Source: Eledone cirrhosa (lineage: Eukaryota). From it: 64,000 nucleotides of DNA. The translations under genes were made by a program, and so were the position numbers. Below are positions 54,146 to 64,000 of the stretch, one piece after another; positions within the stretch are counted from its first letter, which is position 1; every line of letters starts with the position of its first letter. The DNA is taken from assembly GCA_964016885.1 (NCBI GenBank), contig OZ024755.1:18352001-18416000 (forward strand), written 5' to 3'. Under the pieces are notes generated by a model, which was not told the origin of the DNA, did no database searches, and worked only from the letters and a program-made list of their open reading frames with translations.

Positions 54146-54585
54146 AGAAAAAAGAGAATCAGTGATGCGGCGAAAGGAATTTATTGGACATATTACAATT
54201 GTTTCTCGGGCGACCAGCTCGAGGCACGATCGATGTGATGAACAAACCATATATATATATTTTGCGTCGCACAGCAGTGGATACAGGAATTGCCAAATTG
54301 TTAAAAGATTTGTTTTGTAAAACATGAGTCCAGAGTTCAATCACCACCACCAATAACAACAACAATCATCTCCTATATTCCCTGTTAATCAATAATCAAT
54401 ACATAACCTTGTATATATATATATATATATATATGTATTGTGTGTGTGTGTGTTAGAAAGTTATCAATATCCTATACAGTTATGTGACACTTGAGATTTC
54501 TTTTCTTATCAGAAATAGAAAAATGATTGGTAAATAAATCAGTTCTTGATCAGGTTTTCAACAGTTTGTGGCAGATTATATATAT

Positions 54586-54921
54586 GGAGGCACATGGCTT
54601 AGTGGTTAGAGCATTGGCCTTGCAATCGAAAGGTTGTGAGTTCAATTCTCAGACCGGGTGATGTGTTGTTTCCTTGAGCAAGACACTTTATTTCACATTG
54701 CTCCAGTTTACTCAGCTATAGAAATGAGATGATAGAGACTGAGGTCCTTATCATGCCACTGTAAAGTGGTCGTGCAGGTGCCACGGCAAAAAAGCACCCA
54801 GCACTCACTGTAAATGAGGTTGGTGGTAGGAAGGGCATCCAGCTGTAGAAATCAAGCCAGAATCAGTTCCCGTCCCACCCTTGCAAGCAGGGAAAAAGCG
54901 GACGTAAAATGAAATGATGAT
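54586..54921 (+). mobile_element. SINE family B, full length
   Basis: ggaggcacatggcttagtggttagagc (A box) ... gtgagttcaattctc (B box) ... ggacgtaaaatg tail. Confidence 0.9.
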
Positions 54922-55032
54922 ATATATATATAAATATATATATATAATTATATATATATATAAATATATATATAATTATATATATATATAAATATATATA
55001 TAAATATATATATATATAAATATATATATAAT

Positions 55033-55383
55033 TATACGATATTAAACAAATGGAAACTATATTTATAAAACCATATTTATTTCATTATACATATTTCGAG
55101 GATACCATATTAAAAATATGGCATGCCTTCTTCAGATAAAATACAATATATAAGCAGTTTTATAAATAATTTTGACGTACCATAAATATTGATCAACTTT
55201 CATGTAAGAAGTTACATGAAAGTTGATGAATATTTATGGTACGTCAAAATTATTTATAAAACTGCTTATATATTGTATTTTATCTGAAGGCATGCCATAT
55301 TTTTAATATGGTATCCCCGAAATATGTATAATGAAATAAATATGGTTTTATAAATATAGTTTCCATTTCTTTAATATCGTATA
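55033..55383. repeat. Near-perfect fold-back palindrome (175/172-bp arms, 4-nt loop) containing a hammerhead-like motif
   Basis: Centre catgtaa-gaag-ttacatg at 55201-55218; the arms differ by a few substitutions and a 3-nt indel. Confidence 0.92.
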
Positions 55384-55507
55384 TCTACTCCAAAACTTGT
55401 TGAGTGCTTTATATCAGTTATAAAATATTTACTTGTTGTAACCCAACAATTTTAAATAAAACTTTTGCATATATAATTATATATATATATAAATATATAT
55501 ATAAATA

Positions 55508-55684
55508 TATGTAGGAGGTGTTTTTGAAATGCGCATAATAAAATACATGGAACTCCTTTAACCATCTTTTGTTCTTATATATTATATATAAATATATATA
55601 TAAATATATGTAGGTGGTGTTTTTGAAATGCGCATAATAAAATACATGGAACTCCTTTAACCATCTTTTGTTCTTATATATTAT
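55508..55684. repeat. 99-bp-period direct duplication
   Basis: atgtagg[a/t]ggtgtttttgaaatgcgcataataaaatacatggaactcc...cttatatatt occurs twice. Confidence 0.85.
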
Positions 55685-55705
55685 ATATAAATATATATAT
55701 ATATA

Positions 55706-55751
<46 letters not shown>

Positions 55752-55767
55752 TATATAAATATATATA

Positions 55768-55801
<34 letters not shown>

Positions 55802-55921
55802 AATATATATATATAAATATAAATATATATATATAAATATATATATATAAATATATATATATAAATATATATATATATAAATATATATATATAAATATAT
55901 ATATATAAATATATATATATA

Positions 55922-55953
<32 letters not shown>

Positions 55954-55984
55954 AATATATAAATATAAATATATATATATAAAT

Positions 55985-56073
<89 letters not shown>

Positions 56074-56080
56074 AATATAT

Positions 56081-56151
<71 letters not shown>

Positions 56152-56300
56152 GATAAATATATATATATATAAATATATATATAAATATATATATATATAA
56201 ATATATATATAAATATATATATAAATATATATATAAATATATATATAAATATATATATATAAATATATATATAAATATATATATATAAATATATATATAT
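55681..56300. repeat. ~620-bp (TA)n/TAAA microsatellite
   Basis: Almost pure AT; the 224-aa IY ORF is an artefact. Confidence 0.97.
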
Positions 56301-56709
56301 TGTTATGCTTTGGGAGGGTCATATTGCCAATAAGATAAAGAATCTTGCTAAACAAATTCAGAAACGAAATATATATATATATATAAATATATATATATAC
56401 ATATTTATTTATTTATTTATTCAATCCCCTTTTTGTGTAAACTGACCTCTTTATCTAAAAATATACCAACTAATAATAGCATATATGTATATATATATAT
56501 ATATATTTTGAGTATATGTTGATTGTTTACCAACACCTCAGTATGCAGGCTGGAGCACTCGACGAAGTGCGCAGGTTGGTTTGGTTACTCCGGAGTAATG
56601 TAAAATAAAACAATTAAGTCAAATATTTAAAATATTTGACTTAATTATTTTATTTTATATATATATATGTGTGTGTGTATATATATGTGAGTGTGTGTGT
56701 GTGTAGAAA

Positions 56710-56744
<35 letters not shown>

Positions 56745-56746
<2 letters not shown>

Positions 56747-56971
56747 GTGTCACGACAAAAAAAACACACAGTCCACGCTGTAATGTGGCCGTGTAGGCAA
56801 CACGGTAAAAACCTCCCAGACCCACACTGTAAATGTGGTTGGTGTTAGGAAGGGCATCCAACTGTAGAAAACCTGCCAGACAGTCCTATGCGAGCAAGAC
56901 AATCACTCTTGCCTCAAGTGGGACTACCCCCGTCCAAACCCATGCAAGCGTGGAACACGGACGTTAAACGT

Positions 56972-57000
<29 letters not shown>
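56745..57000 (+). mobile_element. Family C SINE/LINE-tail element
   Basis: Near-identical reverse complement of 59742-59990. Confidence 0.85.
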
Positions 57001-57002
<2 letters not shown>

Positions 57003-57516
57003 AACCAGCGAACCATTACAGTTTTCATTTCTCTCCAGTTGCAATCTGTCCCCAATCCTCCCTACCATATGAGGAGACGGATCGAAACACAAACATTAAA
57101 CATGCTGACTCTTGTTTCAGGGAATAGGCACCTTTAAGTCAGGATTGGTGAACTCCATCTGAGATTTTGACAAGCACATAACCAGCGAACCATAGCATTT
57201 TTCATTTCTCTCTTACCTAAATCCCTGCCCCCCCCCCTACCATACGAGGATATTAAAGTTGTGATGATTTGCAATATGTTCTATCATCACCCCCATCCTC
57301 ATAACATTTGACAGATCGAAACACAGACATTAAACACACTGTCTCTTGTTTCCGGGGATAGGCCCCTTCAAGTGAGGATCAGTATGAACTCTCAAGTGTC
57401 AATTATCTTGGAAATTGCCCTGAAGTAAATAGAGGTTAGATGTACTAACTGTGGAGGCGTAATGCTGTATCAGTATCACAGACAGACAGACACTGGCTGT
57501 TATTTATGTCTATAGA
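57001..57516 (-). mobile_element. Probable Helitron-like 5' portion with an internal ~180-bp duplication
   Basis: Minus strand starts TCTATAGACATAAATAAC...gtctgtctgtctgtg; the block ataaccagcgaaccat...gatcgaaacaca..cattaaaca appears twice. Confidence 0.45.
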
Positions 57517-57600
57517 AGGAATTAATAGAATAGAAAGCTACCCTTTATTGACTTTAGGAAAAGTTAGAAACTAAAATCACAAAAGTACAGATTTGAAAAA

Positions 57601-58630
57601 TAATTGTTTCTACTTTAGGCACAAGGCTAGCAATTACCCAGTACATTACTGGTACTTTATTTTATCGACCCCGTAAGGATGAAAGGCAAAGTTAACCTCG
57701 GCGGGATTTGAACTCAGATCATAAAGGGACGTAACTCTTTGCTGCAAAGCATGGCGTCCGACCCTCTACTGATACTGCCAATACACTGCCCTATAATTGT
57801 TTCTACTTTTGGCACAATGCCAGCAATTATCCCAGTACATAACTGGTACTTTATTTTATCGACCCCGTAAGGATGAAAGGCAAAGTTAACCTCTCATCCT
57901 TACGGGGTCGATAAAATAAAGTACCAGTAACGCACTGGGTAATTGCTGGCCTTGTGCCTAAAGTAGAAACAATTCTTTTTCAAATCTGTACTTTTGTGAT
58001 TTCAGTACAGATTTGAAAAATAATTGTTTCTACTTTAGGCACAAGGCCAGCCAATTACCCAGTGCATTACTGGTACTTTATTTTATCGACCCCGTAGGGA
58101 TGAAAGGCAAAGTTAACCTCGGCGGGATTTGAACTCAGAATGGCAAGGGCCGTAACTCTATGCGTCAAAGCATGGCGTCCGACCCTCTACCAATACTGCC
58201 AATTCACAGATTTGAAAAATAATGACAATATTAAAGAAAATATAATAAATTTCATGTGTATGTGTATGTGTAGGTGTATGTATGTATGTATATGTATATA
58301 GATGTAATGGTATGTGTATGGAGATATATGATAATTGTTTCTACTTTTGGCACAAGGCCAGCAATTATCCCAGTACATTACTGGTACTTTATTTTATTGA
58401 CCCCGTAAGGATGAAAGTCAAAGTTAACCTCGACAGGATTTGAACTCAGATCATAAAGGGACGTAACTCTTTGCTGCAAAGCATGGCGTCCGACCCTCTA
58501 CTGATATAGACAATTTACCTTCTAATAGTTGTTTCTACTTTTGGCACAAGGCCAGCAATTATCCCAGTGCATTACTGGTACTTTATTTTATTGACCCCGT
58601 AAGGATGAAAGGCAAAGATGACCTCGGTGG
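57601..58630. mobile_element. Cluster of family A SINEs including an inverted segment
   Basis: - copies starting at 57601, 57794, 58021, 58332 and 58525; + fragment at ~57894-57974. Confidence 0.88.
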
Positions 58631-58639
58631 AGATATATG

Positions 58640-59445
58640 ATAATGTGTGTATGTCTGTGTATTGATGTAATGTGTGTGAGTGTGTGTATATAGTTGTATG
58701 TATGTATATGTGTGTATCGATGTATGTATGTGTGTATATAGAGGTAATGTTATGTGTATGTGTGTGTATAGATGTGCTGTATGTATGTGTGTATAGATGT
58801 AATGTATGTATATGTGTATAGATGTGTGTAGATGTAATGTATGTGTGCATATAGATGTTGTATGTGTGCGTATACATGTTGTGTGTATGTATAGATGTAT
58901 AGTAATGTGTGTATATATATGTAATGTTGTGTGTATGTGTGTTTATAGATGTATGGTAATGTTGTGTGTGTAAATATGTAATGTTGTATGTATGTGTGTA
59001 TATATGTAATATTGTGTGTATGTGTGTTTATAGATGTATGGTAATGTTGTGTGTGTATATATGTAATGTTGTGTGTATGTGTGTTTATATATGTAATGTT
59101 GTGTGTATATATGTAATGTGTGTATATATGTAATGTTGTGTGTATGTGTGTGTATAGATGTATAGTAATATTGTGTATGTATATATGTAATGTATGTATG
59201 TATGTGTGTTTATAGATGTATTGTAATGTGTATGTATATATGTAATGTATGTATGTGTGTATGTGTGTTTATAGATGTATAGTAATGTTGTGTGTGTATA
59301 TATGTAATGTATGTATGTGTGTATGTGTGTTTATAGATGTATAGTAATGTTGTGTGTGTATATATGTAATGTATGTATGTATGTATGTGTGTTTATAGAC
59401 GTATAGTAATGTTATGTATGTGTATGTATAGATGTATACTAATGT
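58640..59445. repeat. TG/TA-rich low-complexity satellite (gtaatgttgtgtgtat)
   Basis: Visible short-period repeats. Confidence 0.9.
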
Positions 59446-59741
59446 CATGAAAATGCTTTGCGTTGTAAAATGAAGAAAGCTGATACTAAAGAAAGTACAA
59501 TAAAATTTATTTGTTATAGATTTAAAGCCATATCTAAGTAGAAATATAGAAATTTATACTGAAAATAGTAACAGAGAAATCAGATGATCTCCGAGAGAAC
59601 TAATCTTATATCAACTGACATCATATCTAGACTGACTCACTCCAGAAATAATTCAATAGAAATTCTCAAAGGATAGCATCACATCTATCTTAGGATAGAA
59701 TTGGTTGGGAAACAACAACGTGGCTTTTGCCATCTTCATTC

Positions 59742-60208
59742 ATCATCATCATCATCATCAACGTTTAACGTCCGTGTTCCACGCCCGCATGGGTTTGGAC
59801 GGGGGTAGTCCCACTTGAGGCAAGAGTGATTGTCTTGCTCGCATAGGACTGTCTGGCAGGTTTTCTACAGTTGGATGCCCTTCCTAACACCAACCACATT
59901 TACAGTGTGGGTCTGGGAGGTTTTTACCGTGTTGCCTACACGGCCACATTACAGCGTGGACTGTGTGTTTTTTTGTCGTGACACCTACACGATTTCATTT
60001 GTTTCGGCCTCGATGGCGCGGCACCAACATAACTTTACATAGAACGGGGTGGTGTGGATCGGGTGGGGGTGGTGGGACGGGGTGTATTTGTTAGAGATGC
60101 CTACTGGCTGGAGTAGGTTTTACTATATATTTAGGTAAGGCGGGTCTTCTCTGTTACTGAGTACCGCCAAAGGTCTCGGTCCAGTGACATTGTCTTGGAG
60201 AGGTGTAT
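59742..60208 (-). mobile_element. Family C element, longest copy in the window
   Basis: (CAT)n tail and family C body extending a further ~220 nt toward its 5' end. Confidence 0.8.
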
Positions 60209-60210
60209 GG

Positions 60211-61461
60211 TAAATAATAATTGTTTCTACTATTGGCACAAGGCCAGCAAATACCCAGTGCATTACTGGTACTTTATTTTATCGACCCCGTAAGAATGAA
60301 AAGCAAAGTTAACCTCAGCGGGATTTGGTAAATAATAATTGTTTCTACTATTGGCACAAGGCCAGCAATTACCCAGTGCATTACTGGTACTTTATTTTAT
60401 CGACCCCGTAAGAATGAAAAGCAAAGTTAACCTCGGCGGGATTTGGTAAATAATAATTGTTTCTACTATTGGCACAAGGCCAGCAATTACCCAGTGCATT
60501 ACTGGTACTTTATTTTATCGACCCCGTAAGAATGAAAAGCAAAGTTAACCTCGGCGGAATTTGGTAAATAATAATTGTTTCTACTTTTGGCACAAGGCCA
60601 GCAATTACCCAGTGCATTACTGGTACTTTATTTTATCGACCCCGTAAGAATGAAAAGCAAAGTTAACCTCGGCGGAATTTGGTAAATAATAATTGTTTCT
60701 ACTATTGGCACAAGGCCAGCAATTACCCAGTGCATTACTGGTACTTTATTTTATCGACCCCGTAAGAATGAAAAGCAAAGTTAACCTCGGCGGAATTTGG
60801 TAAATAATAATTGTTTCTACTATTGGCACAAGGCCAGCAATTACCCAGTGCATTACTGGTACTTTATTTTATCGACCCCGTAAGAATGAAAAGCAAAGTT
60901 AACCTCAGCGGGATTTGGTAAATAATAATTGTTTCTACTTTTGGCACAAGGCCAGCAATTACACAGTGCATTACTGGTACTTTATTTTATCGACCCCGTA
61001 AGGATGAAAGGCAAAGTTAACCTCGGCGGGATTTGAACTCAGATTGGAAAGGGCCGTAACTCTATGCATCAACAAATGGCGTCCGACCTACTGATACTGC
61101 CAATCCACCACCCTTTGGTAAATAATAATTGTTTCTACTTTTGGCACAAGACCAGCAATTACCCAGTACATTACTGGTACTTTATTTTATCGACCCCGTA
61201 AGGATGAAAGGCAAAAGTTAACCTCGGCGGGATTTGAACTCAGAATGATTTCTTATATAGGCACAAGGCCAGTAATTTTGGGGGGAAGGGGAAGTCGATT
61301 AAATCGGCCCCAGTACGTTACTGGTGCTCTATTTTATCGACCCCGTAAGGATGAAAGGCAAAGCTAACCTTGGCAGGATTTGAACTCAGAACGTAAAGGG
61401 CCATGACTATGCTGCAAAGCATGGTGTCTGATGCTCTACCGATACTGCCAATCCCCCACCC
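60211..61461 (-). mobile_element. Tandem array of family A SINE 3' halves (118-bp unit x7) followed by further SINE copies
   Basis: Units start at 60211, 60329, 60447, 60565, 60683, 60801 and 60919; the last runs into a complete SINE head ending at ~61113. Confidence 0.93.
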
Positions 61462-61467
61462 TTGAAT

Positions 61468-61714
61468 TATAGGCTTCCAAATAGTTTCTGTCTACCCAGA
61501 CAATACAAGATGCCCTCTTCCCTGAACAGGGGGCCAGTCCATTACAGGGTTAAACCCCCAGATATTGCTGGTACTCATTTTCAGCTGAGTATACTGAAGC
61601 AACGTGAAATGAAGTGTTTTGCTCAAGCACACAACACACAACACAGTCCAGGAATTGAACCCATGACATAATGATCACAAGTCCAACAGACTTACCACTA
61701 GACCACACACCTCC
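61468..61714 (-). mobile_element. Older family B-related SINE
   Basis: cagctgagt.tactg.agcaacgtgaaatgaagtgttttgctcaag...gaattgaaccca; the 3' tail differs from family B. Confidence 0.7.
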
Positions 61715-62502
61715 ACTATATCATCTGATAGTTGTATGAATATGTAGGTATGTGTGTAGAACGACTGAAGGTGATAGCTATATGAATACGTAGGTATCTG
61801 TGTACAAGGACTAAATGAGTGAACTTCTATTTGTCTAAGAACAGCCAAAACATCCATGTCTATCTGAAGAACATTAGCGAAATATGAAAGCAAAGCATCT
61901 TTAAGTATGAATTAAATAAAGTAAAATCTTGAAAACAAGCAGTTTTCTGAGGAAATCAGTGGCACTGTATGGCAAGTAATGTAGCAAGATTGTCAATAAT
62001 GTTTAGATAAAAATATCTTATATACACTTAAGAGAAAGCAACAGTGAGAAAGAGCAAAGAAAGGAACTGGTAAAGGGTCTTTTACAAGGCTAGCTTGAGC
62101 TTCCAGAAATAAAGCAAAATCTTCCTAAAATTATATCCTACCATCTTACAAAAAGAAGGACACCATTGCATAATGTAGTTAAATGCCTGAAAAAAAAAAA
62201 GACAAAAAAGAAAGAGGTGGTGGATCACTGTTGCAATGCATTTGATCATAGGTTTACTGTTTGACCAAGACTGACCTAGGGCTAAACAACAACATGAGAG
62301 AGAGGATAGAAAAAAGACAAAGAGTATATATACTCTGTGTGTGTGTGTGTGCATATTTCTATTCACACATTGTTTACATGATAGGAAATTTTTCTTAGAA
62401 TTAAGTTAAAAAAAATTCTAAGAAGTTAAAAAAAATTCTAAGAAAAATTTCCCATCAGGTAAACAATGTGTGAACATAAATATGCACACACACACACAGA
62501 GA

Positions 62503-62554
<52 letters not shown>

Positions 62555-62867
62555 AATTTGGGACCCCAAATATTTCACATTACCCACTCTACTACCCCTA
62601 TTATCGAGTACTCTGGTGAGTAATGGTCTAACTGGTCTTTACTGCTTTCATTCTGATATATATATATACATATATATATTTACACACACCTACATATATA
62701 TATATATATAGAGAGAGAGACACACACACATACATATATAAATACACACACACACCTACACATATATATATATACATATACATATACATATATATATTTA
62801 CACACACCTACACATATATATATATAGAGAGAGAGATACATATATATATATATATATACACACACAT

Positions 62868-62900
<33 letters not shown>

Positions 62901-62917
62901 AATACACACACACCTAC

Positions 62918-62948
<31 letters not shown>

Positions 62949-62959
62949 CACACACACCT

Positions 62960-62997
<38 letters not shown>

Positions 62998-62998
<1 letters not shown>

Positions 62999-63101
62999 AA
63001 CCAGTAAGACCCCGACGGCTGAGCTCAAGCCGTTTCGACGGCTAATTCATCAATTAGCCGTCGAAACGGCTTGAGCTCAGCCATCGGGGTCTTACTGGTT
63101 C
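62998..63101. repeat. Fold-back palindrome (50-bp arms, 4-nt loop)
   Basis: gaaccagtaagaccccga...gctaatt-catc-aattagc...tcggggtcttactggttc with one mismatch. Confidence 0.92.
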
Positions 63102-63331
63102 CTATTACCCACTCTACTACCCTAAGTATTGAGTACTTTGGTGCGTTATGGTCCACCTGGTTCCTTACCACATTTCCTTCGTTATATATATATATATATA
63201 TATATATACAAACACACACATATAAATATACACACACCTACACATATATATATACATACAAACACACACACATATAAATATACACACACCAGCATATATA
63301 AAAATATTCCCCCCACACATATATAAATGAT

Positions 63332-63362
<31 letters not shown>

Positions 63363-63389
63363 GATTTATGATATATATATATATATATA

Positions 63390-63771
63390 TCATCATCATC
63401 ATCATCATCAGGTTTAGTGTCCGTGTTCCACGCTTGCATGGGTTTGGACGGGGGTTTTCCCACTTGAGGCAAGAGTGGTTGTCTTGCTCGCATAGGACTG
63501 TCTGGCGGGTTTTCTACAGTTGGATGCCCTTCCTAACACCAACCACATTTACAGTGTGGGGCTGGGAGGTTTTTACCGTGTTGCCTACATGGCCACATTA
63601 CAGCGTGGACTGTCTGGCGGGTTTTCTACAGCTGGATGCCCTTCCTAACACCAACCACATTTACAGTGTGGGGCTGGGAGGTTTTTACCGCGTTGCCTAC
63701 ATGGCCACATTTACAGCGTGCACTGTGTGTTTTTTTGTCGTGACACCTACACGATCTCATTTGTTTCGGCC
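63390..63771 (-). mobile_element. Family C element with an internal ~115-bp duplication
   Basis: ggactgtctggcggg..tttctacag...ggccacatt occurs twice. Confidence 0.82.
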
Positions 63772-63810
63772 TATATATATATATATGATTTATGATATAT
63801 ATATATGATT

Positions 63811-63857
<47 letters not shown>

Positions 63858-64000
63858 TTATGATATATATATATATATATGATATATATATATATATAAA
63901 CAAAATTTAATATTTCTTTAAAGCTCTCTTTATTATTGAATCTCTTCACTCCTTTACCAGGTCTTTTAACCATTCATCTGTGACTTGAACAATATATTAT

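Noticed and set aside
54586-54660. tRNA gene
   Set aside because: The tRNA-like A/B boxes continue into a multi-copy SINE body and tail; no proper acceptor stem or terminator.
55681-56355. 224-aa Ile/Tyr ORF and other IY/HT/CV ORFs across the window
   Set aside because: Pure dinucleotide microsatellite translations.

Overview
Animal (not prokaryotic) genomic DNA: AT-rich and dense in microsatellites, minisatellites, SINEs and MITEs. The SINE families resemble, from memory, the octopus OK- and OR-type tRNA-derived SINEs, so an octopod cephalopod is inferred. Almost all ORFs in the supplied track are repeat artefacts. One real protein-coding gene crosses the window on the minus strand. Two phase-compatible exons (31832-31694 and 17629-17484) encode a peptide resembling the segment just before the SH3 domain of the Asef/SPATA13/ARHGEF4 RhoGEFs. 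Several candidate alternative first exons feed them, and the SH3-DH-PH exons probably lie beyond position 1. The most notable non-obvious signal is a cluster of sequence-diverse minimal type I hammerhead-ribozyme motifs (CUGANGA-stem II-GAAA-palindromic stem III-NUH) at about 42.8-63.1 kb. They sit in short islands embedded in (TA)n tracts, several as short-loop fold-back palindromes, which is the signature of Penelope-like retroelement ends or retrozyme-like elements. Also notable are a 2.2 kb 27-bp array that is open in the gene's orientation behind a phase-0 splice acceptor, several minisatellites that appear seeded from transposon fragments, and a SINE being converted into a 118-bp satellite. 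All family and gene assignments rest on visual recognition, not database searches.
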